64,000 nucleotides of DNA from contig CAXXTB010000001.1 of NCBI GenBank assembly GCA_963676795.2, forward strand, positions 32,001-96,000, written 5' to 3'. Position numbers and translations under genes: made by a program. The notes beneath the pieces are model-generated. The model was not told the DNA's origin and ran no database searches. It was given only the letters and a program-made list of their open reading frames with translations. Below, in pieces: positions 1 to 9,304 of this stretch; position 1 is the stretch's first letter, and each line of letters opens with the position of its first letter. Origin of the DNA: Geopsychrobacteraceae bacterium (GTDB lineage: Bacteria > Desulfobacterota > Desulfuromonadia > Desulfuromonadales > Geopsychrobacteraceae).

Positions 1-684
1 TTCAGCTGCAGCCAAGGTTGTAACAAACCGGTCGATCAAGCCGTGATCCTGACAACAACGGCTGATCTGCAGAATGATAGCAGCGACAGCAGAGGATCTC
101 TCACTGAACAGATGATGGCCCAGTTCCGCAAAACTGTAGAATGCAGCCCGTTGGCCGAGGTATTGTTTCCACAGCACAGCTTCCGATTCAGGGACTAGAT
201 CGTCGGCCTTTCCCTGTAGAATGACGGAAGGACAGTCTGGAGGAGCCCCCTCCGCAACAGAGTTAATCATTTTGACCAGACCTGAAACAACGCTCAACGA
301 AAGCTGATCTTTCCCCGCATGGTGATGCTTCCAGCGCTCAAGATAGTTCAAATCGATGCGGAATGGACTAGCTCCCAAAAGGAGAAGATCCACACTCACG
401 TCCGTGGACCGTAACGCGTCAAGCAACAGATTTCCACCCGTCGAGTGTCCAAAGACAACCAGAGTTTTTACCCTCTGCCGCAAATCAAGGAGCCGGTGTC
501 CGATCGCGTCACGCAGCAAAACCGGGTCAAAGCTGTCCGGCAGCCTTCCTTCGGTATGACCAGGCAGAGTGAATTGTTCTGTAGAGCCGGCACCAAACCA
601 CTCTTCGAGACAATCGGCCAGGACAGAAAGATCGCTCACCTGACCGCTAAAACCGTGAACCAGGAGTATCGCCAGAGAGCTCAT
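1..684 (-). CDS. Alpha/beta-hydrolase fold protein (esterase/thioesterase-like); 3' end lies outside the window
   Basis: Not in the ORF track. Manual translation from ATG at 684 is open to base 1: MSSLAILLVHGFSG...TLPGH...VVFGHSTGG (nucleophile elbow)...ILQGKADDLVP...LGHHLF. It starts immediately after the glycosyltransferase stop (686). Confidence 0.85.
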   Translation of the reverse strand, partial: MSSLAILLVHGFSGQVSDLSVLADCLEEWFGAGSTEQFTLPGHTEGRLPDSFDPVLLRDAIGHRLLDLRQRVKTLVVFGHSTGGNLLLDALRSTDVSVDLLLLGASPFRIDLNYLERWKHHHAGKDQLSLSVVSGLVKMINSVAEGAPPDCPSVILQGKADDLVPESEAVLWKQYLGQRAAFYSFAELGHHLFSERSSAVAAIILQISRCCQDHGLIDRFVTTLAAAE

Positions 685-685
685 A

Positions 686-1897
686 TCACTCCACCAGCAA
701 CGGAAGCAAATTTGGCAAGCCCCGATAAACGCCCATTTTCTTCTGAATTGCCCCGAGTCTGTCTGCTGTCGCGAAGTCAAAAAGCTGCTCGATTTTCTCT
801 TTTAGACTGTCGCACCCGGCAGCAAGCATCGCTTGCTCATAAACAATCGAATTTCCCAGAAAAGGTTGCCCACAGCTCAGACGCAGGCCACAACCGATCT
901 GCTCAAGGCAAACCCCGTTATGAGCCTGCTCAGGCTGAAAGGGTAAAACCGCGACCGGTATTTTATGCCGCAACGCTTCAAAAACGGTCGCCTGCCCACC
1001 ATGTGAAACCAAAAGACGAACCCTATTCCACAGCCGATGAAGAGGAGCAAACTGGCGCACGGTCAACCAGGGTTTATCTTCAATTCCTTCGATAACCTTT
1101 GTTTGTCCTCCTCCGGCAAGCAGAACGTGAAAACCCAGTTCATTGAGTTGCTGAGTGATAAAACGAACGCTTGCCCCTTCTCCGACACAGGTTCCAAAAG
1201 TCAGAACCGCCAGAGGACGATTTTCGAACAGTTCAAAATCCTGATATTCTGGGACGTCCATCGACCATTCCGGCATACCGACATGAATACAGCTTGCAGG
1301 AAGTTTGCACTCGAAAAAATCAGGAAAGTCCCATAAAAAAGTTCGCTTTCCCAGCAGCATTTCTCGGGCATCACGAATTCCCGGCAAACCATGGCGATTC
1401 ATGGCAAGGCTCAGCTGTTTTCCGGCATAACGAAAAAATCCGGACATCAGATCCGCCTGTTTGCTCGCCCCCGGCTCATCGGGTAGATAGCCGTAAGCAT
1501 CGCAGGCCCCAGGCAACAGGCAGCCACAGATCAGGGAATCGCATGGTACTTCGGCTATGGCAGCCGAGGCTTTCAGAGTAAAACGAAAAATCCCCAGAAC
1601 CCGGTCGGGCTTATAGGAATCGATCAATTGCCGTTCAGCATTAATGACATGCTCAAGGCCTGACACATTATTAAACCAGGGCACTCCGGGGAAACCGGAG
1701 AAATCGTGATCGCGAATTTCGGGCAAAACAGCATAACAGATATCACTACCAACCAGATAAGACTCCCAGCGCTGGCCGACACCAAGCAAGACATCATGAC
1801 CGAGTTCAGTCAATCCGCGTCGAATTGCCAGTGCTTTTGCAAAGTGTGACAGTGAGTTATTCTCCGCAACAAGCAGAAATCGCATATCAGACGCCAC
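686..1897 (-). CDS. GT-B fold glycosyltransferase (family 1 / GT28-like C-terminus)
   Basis: N-terminal SH..ALAI...L...GHDV; C-terminal FAPLHRL...LLVSHGGQATVFEAL...IPVAVLPFQPEQ (PSPG-like nucleotide-sugar box). Start may be ATG at 1885. Confidence 0.85.
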   Translation of the reverse strand: MASDMRFLLVAENNSLSHFAKALAIRRGLTELGHDVLLGVGQRWESYLVGSDICYAVLPEIRDHDFSGFPGVPWFNNVSGLEHVINAERQLIDSYKPDRVLGIFRFTLKASAAIAEVPCDSLICGCLLPGACDAYGYLPDEPGASKQADLMSGFFRYAGKQLSLAMNRHGLPGIRDAREMLLGKRTFLWDFPDFFECKLPASCIHVGMPEWSMDVPEYQDFELFENRPLAVLTFGTCVGEGASVRFITQQLNELGFHVLLAGGGQTKVIEGIEDKPWLTVRQFAPLHRLWNRVRLLVSHGGQATVFEALRHKIPVAVLPFQPEQAHNGVCLEQIGCGLRLSCGQPFLGNSIVYEQAMLAAGCDSLKEKIEQLFDFATADRLGAIQKKMGVYRGLPNLLPLLVE

Positions 1898-1902
1898 CCG
1901 AT

Positions 1903-3351
1903 CTAGGAATCGCCATAACGTTTGTTGCTCAGGGCAAAGCGTATAAAGTCAAGCGAACTAACAGCAAAGCGTTTCCAGCTGTCGGGCGATTTCCAGAGCA
2001 TCGCGACATAGCCGAGCATGACCCGCGACTGCTTGAAATGGTTCTTGTAGAATTCGATGAACAGTTTTTCCAGCTGCTCCTTCTCCATGCCATGAGGAAG
2101 AAACTGGAAATGCATGCAGTCCATCTTCGGCCAGTCCTCGTCAAAGGTGCCCACCTCATGAGCGTTCTGGTAGATCGGCGAGCCGGGGAACGGGGTGAAC
2201 TTGGCGAGATTGAAGTCGTCCAGCTTGAGACCGTAGACGTAATCCATACTGCGCCGGATCGACGCCTCGCTCTCACCGGGCAGCCCCATCATCAGCAGCC
2301 CCTTGGTTCGGATACCACAACCCTTGATCATACGGATCGTCTCGGCCATAAAGTCGAGGTTGACATTCTGGCGGTGCTGGGAGAGCAGCTGCTCGTCGCC
2401 GCTCTCGATCCCCAGACTGACCATCCAGCAGCCGGCCGCCTTCATCAACTTCATCAGATCATGGTCGATATGCTCGGCACGCACCGCACAGTTGTAGGTC
2501 ATCCCGAGCGGCTTGTTGATCAGCATGTTACACAGCTCTTCGACCCGCCCGCGATGAAAGGTGAACTGATCGTCATAGAAATTGATATGGCGGATACCGA
2601 AGCGCTCTTTCAGGTACTTCAGGTGGTTGTAAAGGTACTCCGCCGAGTTGTAGCGGAAACTGCTCTGGAAGACGCTGCGGTCGCAGTAGCTGCACTTGTA
2701 GGGGCAGCCCCGGCTGGAGATACAGCTGCTGTTGGGCGCCTTCGGATAGTTGAAGATCGGCAACTTGTAGCTGTCGGGGTAGCCGGGCAGCTTCTCATAG
2801 GCGGGAAAGGGCAGCTCGTCGAGAACCAGGCGATCCTTGCGGTAACCGTTGTTGACCACCTCACCTAATTGGGTGCGCCAGACCACACCACCGATTTCTC
2901 TTGGCTCATCGCTGCCCAATTCGGTCAGTTCGAGCATGGTCTGTTCCCCCTCGCCGATGACCGCGTAATCGATAGCCGGCGAAAAGTCGAGAATCCGCTC
3001 CTTGAGCGCCGAAACATGGGCACCGCCAAAGGCGATGCGGATCTCCGGCAGCTCCTGTTTGGCAACCTCGGCCATGCGCACGCTGTCGTGAAAGCTCGCC
3101 GTGGTACAGCTCACTCCGAGCAGGGCCGGACGCTCTGAACGCAACAGGTCGAGAAACTTCTGCTCAGCGCGCGGCTCCGCATAGCAGTCGAGGATGACCG
3201 TCCGGTAGCCGGCCCGGTCGAGATAGGCGGCGATGCTGGCCAGCCCCAATGGCGGCATGATATTCGCCTTGCGCGAGATATCCCGGCCAGCTGCTTCAGC
3301 CTGGTACCCGAGCGGATGCAAAAGGAGTATTTTGCGCTGATCCAAACTCAT
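1903..3351 (-). CDS. Cobalamin-binding radical SAM protein (BchE / class B methyltransferase-like)
   Basis: PPLGLASIAAYL, GGAHVS and GEGE in the B12-binding domain; SSRGCPYKCSYC (CxxxCxxC); YDDQF; SLGIESG; MGLPGE; TPFPGS. Confidence 0.92.
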   Translation of the reverse strand: MSLDQRKILLLHPLGYQAEAAGRDISRKANIMPPLGLASIAAYLDRAGYRTVILDCYAEPRAEQKFLDLLRSERPALLGVSCTTASFHDSVRMAEVAKQELPEIRIAFGGAHVSALKERILDFSPAIDYAVIGEGEQTMLELTELGSDEPREIGGVVWRTQLGEVVNNGYRKDRLVLDELPFPAYEKLPGYPDSYKLPIFNYPKAPNSSCISSRGCPYKCSYCDRSVFQSSFRYNSAEYLYNHLKYLKERFGIRHINFYDDQFTFHRGRVEELCNMLINKPLGMTYNCAVRAEHIDHDLMKLMKAAGCWMVSLGIESGDEQLLSQHRQNVNLDFMAETIRMIKGCGIRTKGLLMMGLPGESEASIRRSMDYVYGLKLDDFNLAKFTPFPGSPIYQNAHEVGTFDEDWPKMDCMHFQFLPHGMEKEQLEKLFIEFYKNHFKQSRVMLGYVAMLWKSPDSWKRFAVSSLDFIRFALSNKRYGDS

Positions 3352-4713
3352 CTAGGCGGTCACCTGTTTACGCTGACGCGGAAAGCGGATGATCCGGTCC
3401 CACATCAGGCCACGGAAGCCGAGAGCTGTCATCTCGCGCATTTTCTCCAGACCGACTGACGGCGGAAAGATCCGGTCCATGCGGCCGGCAAAGGACGCGG
3501 TAATACGCTCATTCATCCAGTCGCGGTCGATCTCCGGCGAGAAATAATAGACCGGCTTAAGCAGCGAGGTCTCAGGCGTAATGATCCCCTGCTCAATGGC
3601 CAGCTTTTCGAGCGGCGCATTGGGATGGATGCGGATCCCGGAAAAGCCAAAGACCACTGCCCGGCCCAGCGCCTCGATATTCTGCAGTCCCTCTTCGAGG
3701 GTTTCGGCTGTCTCGCCAGGGCCACCGAACATGATGTAGTGAGCGGCCGGCAGCCTTGCCTCCCAGCAGGCCTCGTTGAGCTTGAGAATCTCGGCAAAGC
3801 TCAGGCGCTTGTTGATACCGGCCAGGGTCCGGTCGGACGCGGCGTCGGTTCCAAGCTCAAGGGCATAGAGCCCGGATCTTTTCATCAGCTCGAGCTCCTG
3901 CTTGCCGAGCCCCTGCGGCCTGAAGAACGCCGCCCAACCGATGCCGATATCGCGGCGGATCAGCTCTTCGACCAGTTCGAGATAGTCGCCTTGCGGGTCG
4001 TTGAACACCGAGTCGGTAAAAAAAACCTTGTCAACGCCATGCTCCTGTTTGAGGGCCGCGAGCTCGTCGACGATGGTCCGGGGATCGCGCTTGCGGTAGC
4101 TGTGTCCCTCCAGGTGCGGATAGGAGCAGTAACTGCACTGAAACGGACAGCCGCGCTTGGTCTGAAAGTTGAGCATCCCGCTCTTTTCGCTGTAGAATTT
4201 GACAAACTCGGGCACATAACAGGGAGATCCGAAATCGGCGCCACCGAGCGGGGCCTGACGCTCGATAATTTTTGCCACGCTGCGACCTGCAGTAAGATCC
4301 TCAACCAGAGCAGGAAAGCTGGCCTCCCCCTCACCGATCAAGGCATGATCGACCCCCAGGTAATCGGCGATGATTTCCGGCATGATCGTCAACGCCGGCC
4401 CACCAACCACGATCGGTGCAGACGAGTAGCTACGCAGCTGATTGACCAGTTCCCGCGTCCGCGCCAGGTACCAGCCGTCTTCACCACAGAAGGAATCGAT
4501 GTTATCGATATTGCGCAGCGAGATGCCGATGACCTCCGGTGCGAACTCGTCGATCTGCTCCCTGAGCAGCTCCATCCCCAGTGCCAGGCAGTCGTACTGA
4601 CGCACCTTGTGCCCTGCAGCGATCAGCGCCCCACAGACAACGGCCATGCCGAGCGGATAGACGGGGTAGGGATCGACCGTAGTATTGCTGGAGATAAAGA
4701 AGACCCGGCTCAT
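3352..4713 (-). CDS. Cobalamin-binding radical SAM protein, lipid-biosynthesis-associated type
   Basis: DPYPVYPLG, GISLRNIDN, GGPALT, GEGE, QTKRGCPFQCSYC, FTDSVFN, FGGPGET. From memory it resembles the lipid biosynthesis B12-binding/radical SAM family (TIGR04072); not searched. Confidence 0.88.
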   Translation of the reverse strand: MSRVFFISSNTTVDPYPVYPLGMAVVCGALIAAGHKVRQYDCLALGMELLREQIDEFAPEVIGISLRNIDNIDSFCGEDGWYLARTRELVNQLRSYSSAPIVVGGPALTIMPEIIADYLGVDHALIGEGEASFPALVEDLTAGRSVAKIIERQAPLGGADFGSPCYVPEFVKFYSEKSGMLNFQTKRGCPFQCSYCSYPHLEGHSYRKRDPRTIVDELAALKQEHGVDKVFFTDSVFNDPQGDYLELVEELIRRDIGIGWAAFFRPQGLGKQELELMKRSGLYALELGTDAASDRTLAGINKRLSFAEILKLNEACWEARLPAAHYIMFGGPGETAETLEEGLQNIEALGRAVVFGFSGIRIHPNAPLEKLAIEQGIITPETSLLKPVYYFSPEIDRDWMNERITASFAGRMDRIFPPSVGLEKMREMTALGFRGLMWDRIIRFPRQRKQVTA

Positions 4714-5969
4714 CCGACGGCCTTTTTGAACATCCTGCTCTTACGTGGATTGTAACGGTGATAGGTGCCGTCATCCATCTCCCGGGCGATGACCTTCTTG
4801 AACAGGTTGCCCATCTTGAGCTGATGGCCGCCGTCGGCGTAGAAGGTATCCCAGGCGTAGTAGTACATCTCCTGCAGCTTCTCCGGGGTCATCTGTTTCG
4901 GTTGGAAGACAACCTTGTCGGCGGTATAGTGCAGCCAGTTGTTCGTCAGGATGCGCCCTTCCTCCTCGTACTGCTTGCGGATCGGAGATTTCATAAACGG
5001 AGTCATGATGGTAAACTCGGCAACATCCAGCTCGACCTCGAGCAGAAAGTCGACCAGCCGCTTGATGTAATCCTCGTCCTGATCGTCAGTACCGAGGATA
5101 ATCGTTCCCTCGACACCGATCCCGTGGTCCTTGAGGCGCTTGATCCGGTTGCGGATGACCTCGGAAGTATCGAAGATCGCCTGGTAGACATACCAGGCTC
5201 CGGCCTCGGCCGCGGCCTTGAGGACCTCGTCGTCATCGAGGATCGGGTGGGAGACAAATTTCTTTTTGAGCGGCTTCATCGCGGTGAACAATTCGAGCAG
5301 CCACTTCTTGTCCTGAGCCAGCGAGTTGTCGACGACGAACAGGCGGTTGTTCTGGATCGCCGCCATCTCCTCGATGACCATCTCGACCGGGCGCGGGCGA
5401 AACAGTCGCCCCCCCAGGTAACCGGTACAACAGGGGAAACAGTTGAACTTGCAGCCGCGCGAAGCGTGGACCAGGTCGAGCATCTGCACACCGCGATAGT
5501 TGTAGAGTTCACGGTCGAGGATGTCGCGTCGCGCGGTTCCGACCAGGTTGATGTCGGGATGCTGGTGCATGTAGTTGTAGACTGGCTTGAGCTGACCATT
5601 CTGGAAGTCCTGCAGAACCTGCTCGATACGCCCCTCGACCTCACCAAGAAAGACGCAGTCGGCATGCTGCTGAACCTCTTCGGCATGGAGCATGGTCGCA
5701 ATGCCGCCAAACATGACCTTCTTACCGCGGGCCCGAAACTCGTCAGCGATTTCAAATGCGCGCGGCAGCTGGGCCGTCAGCATGGTCGAAATCCCGACCA
5801 GATCACATGAGGCGTCAAAGTCGATGGTCTGGAGGTTCTCATCGGTAAAGTTGACCTCGACATAATCAGGTAGCGCCGCAGCGAAAACCACCGGCCCATG
5901 GGGCGGCAGGTGGAACTCGGTCTGGCGATCGAGCTTCGGCCAACGTGGATAGATCAGTTCTAATTTCAT
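4710..5969 (-). CDS. Cobalamin-binding radical SAM protein with atypical cluster motif
   Basis: LIYP...PPHG, GGIATM, GEVE, ASRGCKFNCFPCC, VDNSL, TIMTPF. Confidence 0.85.
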   Translation of the reverse strand: MKLELIYPRWPKLDRQTEFHLPPHGPVVFAAALPDYVEVNFTDENLQTIDFDASCDLVGISTMLTAQLPRAFEIADEFRARGKKVMFGGIATMLHAEEVQQHADCVFLGEVEGRIEQVLQDFQNGQLKPVYNYMHQHPDINLVGTARRDILDRELYNYRGVQMLDLVHASRGCKFNCFPCCTGYLGGRLFRPRPVEMVIEEMAAIQNNRLFVVDNSLAQDKKWLLELFTAMKPLKKKFVSHPILDDDEVLKAAAEAGAWYVYQAIFDTSEVIRNRIKRLKDHGIGVEGTIILGTDDQDEDYIKRLVDFLLEVELDVAEFTIMTPFMKSPIRKQYEEEGRILTNNWLHYTADKVVFQPKQMTPEKLQEMYYYAWDTFYADGGHQLKMGNLFKKVIAREMDDGTYHRYNPRKSRMFKKAVG

Positions 5970-6014
5970 CGGTCATACACTCCCCGACAGTGTCAGATCT
6001 AGACAGCTGTCTGC

Positions 6015-6704
6015 TTAGGATAATTCCAGGCAGCGCCGCAACAGGTCGGCCAATCCGTCAATCGGTCGGCCTGCAAAGGTCAGTTGCTGCTCATTCAGTT
6101 CCAGAATGCCGTAACCGGCGTTCTCATCATCTTCTTTGCTCAACAGCAAAAACAGCCCGCCGGTCAGGTCTGCTGAATCACGGGCCATGACATCACAAAA
6201 ACCCACAAGCACTCCATCCTGACCACTCCAGGCCAATTCTTCAAGAGCATAACTCAAGGTTCTGCTCAGGTCAGGATCATGATGGCTCAGGACCAGGCAG
6301 TTCCCGGTCAGACCATGGCGCAAGGCAGCTTCGCCGAGGAAACAGTTGGGCAAGGTATAAGCAAACAGGTTCGGACTGGCCAGCTTGCCCTGCTCCGACT
6401 GCAGAGTCTCTAGATAAGCGAGATCGGTCGCCATGCACCCGGCCCGACTGGCGGCGATGATCCCGATCGGCCGTTTCTCGCTCCAGGCTTCAACTCCGGC
6501 ATCGCGCAGACAAAAGGTCAGGGCGCCCAGACCGACGCGTGAAAAATCGTCGAGCCGGCCGAAACGCTTGTCGATCTCGGCAAACAGATCCTTGCGGGTC
6601 GGGATCGGCAGCTGTCCACTTTGCAGCGGGAAGGATCCACCCAGCCGTCCCTGGCCGAAGCCGGCCGGAGTCACCCAGCCTATTCCTTTTAGACAGGCTT
6701 TCAT
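6015..6704 (-). CDS. Truncated beta-ketoacyl synthase N-terminal protein (chain-length-factor-like)
   Basis: KACLKGIGWVTP, RFGRLDDFSR, SPNLFAYTLPN; 229 aa with no catalytic Cys-His-His; translationally coupled to the upstream KS. Confidence 0.8.
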   Translation of the reverse strand: MKACLKGIGWVTPAGFGQGRLGGSFPLQSGQLPIPTRKDLFAEIDKRFGRLDDFSRVGLGALTFCLRDAGVEAWSEKRPIGIIAASRAGCMATDLAYLETLQSEQGKLASPNLFAYTLPNCFLGEAALRHGLTGNCLVLSHHDPDLSRTLSYALEELAWSGQDGVLVGFCDVMARDSADLTGGLFLLLSKEDDENAGYGILELNEQQLTFAGRPIDGLADLLRRCLELS

Positions 6705-7831
6705 CAGCAGGCCCTTTCCAGGATCAGTGCCGCATTCACCCCGCCGAACCCTGAGTTGGTGGTCAGCAGATAATCACCCCGGATCGCTCGGGGTGACGAA
6801 GAAATCGCTTCGCGGCAAACCTCTTCGGCAACCAGGCAACCGACGGTCCCCGGAATCCGCTGTTCCTTGAGCGCCAGGCAGGCAACGGCCGCTTCCAGAG
6901 CTCCGGCGGCACCAAGACAGTGACCGATACTCCCCTTGATGCCATGCAGCGGCGGCAGGGAGCCGGCAAATATCTCGCTGAAGGCGGTCAGTTCCATCGC
7001 GTCGTTGTAGACGGTTGCCGTGCCGTGAGCATTGACCGCCGCGATCTGCTGCGCTTCAAGTCCCGCCTTGTCCAGCGCCTGCCGACAGGCGAGGATCAGT
7101 CCCCAGCCGTCGCGCGCCGGCGCCGTGACGTGATTCGCATCATTGGCGCTGCCCCAGCCACGTAACCAGGCGAGCGGGGCTTCACCATTCTGCTCCAACC
7201 GCTCCTCGCGACAGAGCAGCAGGGCCACTCCGGCTTCGCCGAGGTTCAGGCCGCTGCGCTGTACATCGAAGGGGCGACACGCCTGTGGCGAGAGCGCCTG
7301 CAGTGCCGAAAACCCGGAGAAGACAAATTCACTGAGCAGATCGGCGGCAAAAACCAGGACCTCGTTCGCTGCACCATGTTCCAGCATGGCCGCGGCACGC
7401 GCCAGGGCGACGGTCGATGAGGCACAGGCGGCGTTGATATTCTGCCCGGCACTATCAAGGCCAAGTTCCTTGGCAATCTTCGCCAGCAACGGTTCAAAAA
7501 AGACGCTGCGAGGCAATTCGGCCTGTGCCACAACCGACTGCTGGAGCAGGTCGATCTCCCCTTTAGTGGTCGCGACCAGCAGGCGACAATCCGGGGCAAC
7601 CGGCCCCAGCTGCCGTAAAACCCGGCAGCGCAGATCGTCGAGCAGCGAGGTTCCGGTAACGGCGCTCAAATCGGCGATTTCACCGCCGAGGCGCGAGATA
7701 TAATTCTGACAATCAAAACGCGAAATCTCGGAGATACCGCTTTGCCCGGCCAGCAGAGCTGACCAGAGCATATCCAGGGAGTTACCCAGGGCGCTGACCG
7801 CAACGGCGCGGGTGATGGCAATGCGCGACAT
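6704..7831 (-). CDS. Beta-ketoacyl-ACP synthase (KS, partner of the CLF)
   Basis: NAACASS (catalytic Cys), PFD..R.G..LGEAG, NAHGTAT, KGSIGHCLGAAG, SGFGGVN. Confidence 0.92.
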   Translation of the reverse strand: MSRIAITRAVAVSALGNSLDMLWSALLAGQSGISEISRFDCQNYISRLGGEIADLSAVTGTSLLDDLRCRVLRQLGPVAPDCRLLVATTKGEIDLLQQSVVAQAELPRSVFFEPLLAKIAKELGLDSAGQNINAACASSTVALARAAAMLEHGAANEVLVFAADLLSEFVFSGFSALQALSPQACRPFDVQRSGLNLGEAGVALLLCREERLEQNGEAPLAWLRGWGSANDANHVTAPARDGWGLILACRQALDKAGLEAQQIAAVNAHGTATVYNDAMELTAFSEIFAGSLPPLHGIKGSIGHCLGAAGALEAAVACLALKEQRIPGTVGCLVAEEVCREAISSSPRAIRGDYLLTTNSGFGGVNAALILERAC

Positions 7832-8289
7832 CAGAGCAGCCCCTCTTTCCAGCGCCGACAGAAGTCTTCAAAAAACGCCGGCGGCAACATCAGCATGTTG
7901 TGCTGCTCGTCCATGAACAACTGCACGGTATACCCGGTCGTAGTGACCTCCCCCTGGCTGTTGCGCAGGATGAACTCATGATTCAAGCGGGCCGCTTCGG
8001 TCCAGTGGAGCAGTGCTTCTATGGTAAATAGCTCGCGGAATTTCAGCGGCTTAACATAATCGACATGCATCTGCTTGATCGGAGCCAGAATCCCCTGATG
8101 GTAAAAGTCCATGTAACCGATGCCGAACTTTTCACCGAGCTGAACCCGGGCATCTTCAAAAAAACTCGGATAACGGCCATGCCAGACGATAGCGAGCGGA
8201 TCGACCTCTTCAAAACGGACGACCCGTTCAACAGTGCAGGACAGTGGCTGCGGAGCATCCGGCGGCGTTTTGAAATACGGCTTTCTCAT
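7831..8289 (-). CDS. Acyl-CoA/acyl-ACP thioesterase (4HBT/YbgC hotdog family)
   Basis: VRFEEVDPLAIVWHGRYPSFFEDAR motif. Confidence 0.88.
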   Translation of the reverse strand: MRKPYFKTPPDAPQPLSCTVERVVRFEEVDPLAIVWHGRYPSFFEDARVQLGEKFGIGYMDFYHQGILAPIKQMHVDYVKPLKFRELFTIEALLHWTEAARLNHEFILRNSQGEVTTTGYTVQLFMDEQHNMLMLPPAFFEDFCRRWKEGLL

Positions 8290-8660
8290 CAGTCTTTCCC
8301 CTGCAGGAGCAGGCTAAATTCGGATGATTTTTCATCCTCCTGGTAGAGACTGGTTCGCACCTGCACCCCCTCGTCCCTGGTTTTCAGTTCAACCTCGACA
8401 CGGATCTTTTTGCCGGGGTGAACCTGCCTGACAAACTTGGCCCGGCTCAATGAGATCAGCGTCCGCGCCTCGCCGCAGGCCTGTTCGGCGACCAGCTGGC
8501 CAAGCAGGGTCTGGACGATCGCCGGCAGAATCGGATATCCGGGAAAGTGTCCGGCAAACCCGGAAAAATCCTCTGCAAGCAGAAACTCCTGGCTGGCATT
8601 GTTGCCTTCGATACTTACGGCGCTGAGGGCGGCCTGTAGTATCTCGCTACGCATTGTCAT
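8289..8660 (-). CDS. FabZ/FabA-like hotdog dehydratase (ApeI-like)
   Basis: FAGHFPGYPILPAIVQ; AKFVRQVHPG. Confidence 0.85.
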   Translation of the reverse strand: MTMRSEILQAALSAVSIEGNNASQEFLLAEDFSGFAGHFPGYPILPAIVQTLLGQLVAEQACGEARTLISLSRAKFVRQVHPGKKIRVEVELKTRDEGVQVRTSLYQEDEKSSEFSLLLQGKD

Positions 8661-9304
8661 TTTTCTCTGATCTCCCTGACCCAGAGCGATAACTGCAGGT
8701 GATTGCGCCGGTCATCCAGGCTGATTTCCTTCGCCACTGCCGTTCCTCTGAAATCGCTGTAGTTTTTATAGTCGACTGTCCAGCTGTTATCTCCATCGGC
8801 AATCCGGCTCAGTTGACCGTTACAGTCGAAGAAATAGCGCCTCTGACCAGGGGCAGCCATTTCGTAGGCATTACCGAGAAAGAACTGCTGAGCACCATCC
8901 GACCAGTCGGCACTGAAAAAGACCTTGCGAATACTTGCTGCAACCTGCTCGTCAGCCCCTCGCTGTTCCTCCAGCTGAGGCAGGGCCCGGTTGAAATGGG
9001 CCGTCGTATCATCAATGCTGAGGTCAAAGAGCACGATCCCCATTTCATTGAGAGCGACAAGCCTCGCCTCATGTCTGACCGGATTGACCTGCAGGTAACC
9101 GTCCAGAGCTATTTTTTTCCAGCCGATCTTGAGCAGAACCGACTGTCTCAGCACAAAATTCCGATCTTGCTGCAACCAGCTATCATTACCGACCCTTTGT
9201 CCGCCAGAACCTTCAACACAGAGCGGCCCATCCGGTAACGAGCTTTTCATCGCACAGCCTGCAAGCAAAACGAGGCTCACCAGCAACAACGAAACGATTT
9301 TCAT
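8657..9304 (-). CDS. Lipoprotein, DUF3261/LolB-like
   Basis: Lipobox LLAGC; beta-rich; RLVALNEMGIVLFDL resembles DUF3261 proteins of aryl-polyene-type clusters (recall). Confidence 0.65.
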   Translation of the reverse strand: MKIVSLLLVSLVLLAGCAMKSSLPDGPLCVEGSGGQRVGNDSWLQQDRNFVLRQSVLLKIGWKKIALDGYLQVNPVRHEARLVALNEMGIVLFDLSIDDTTAHFNRALPQLEEQRGADEQVAASIRKVFFSADWSDGAQQFFLGNAYEMAAPGQRRYFFDCNGQLSRIADGDNSWTVDYKNYSDFRGTAVAKEISLDDRRNHLQLSLWVREIREK

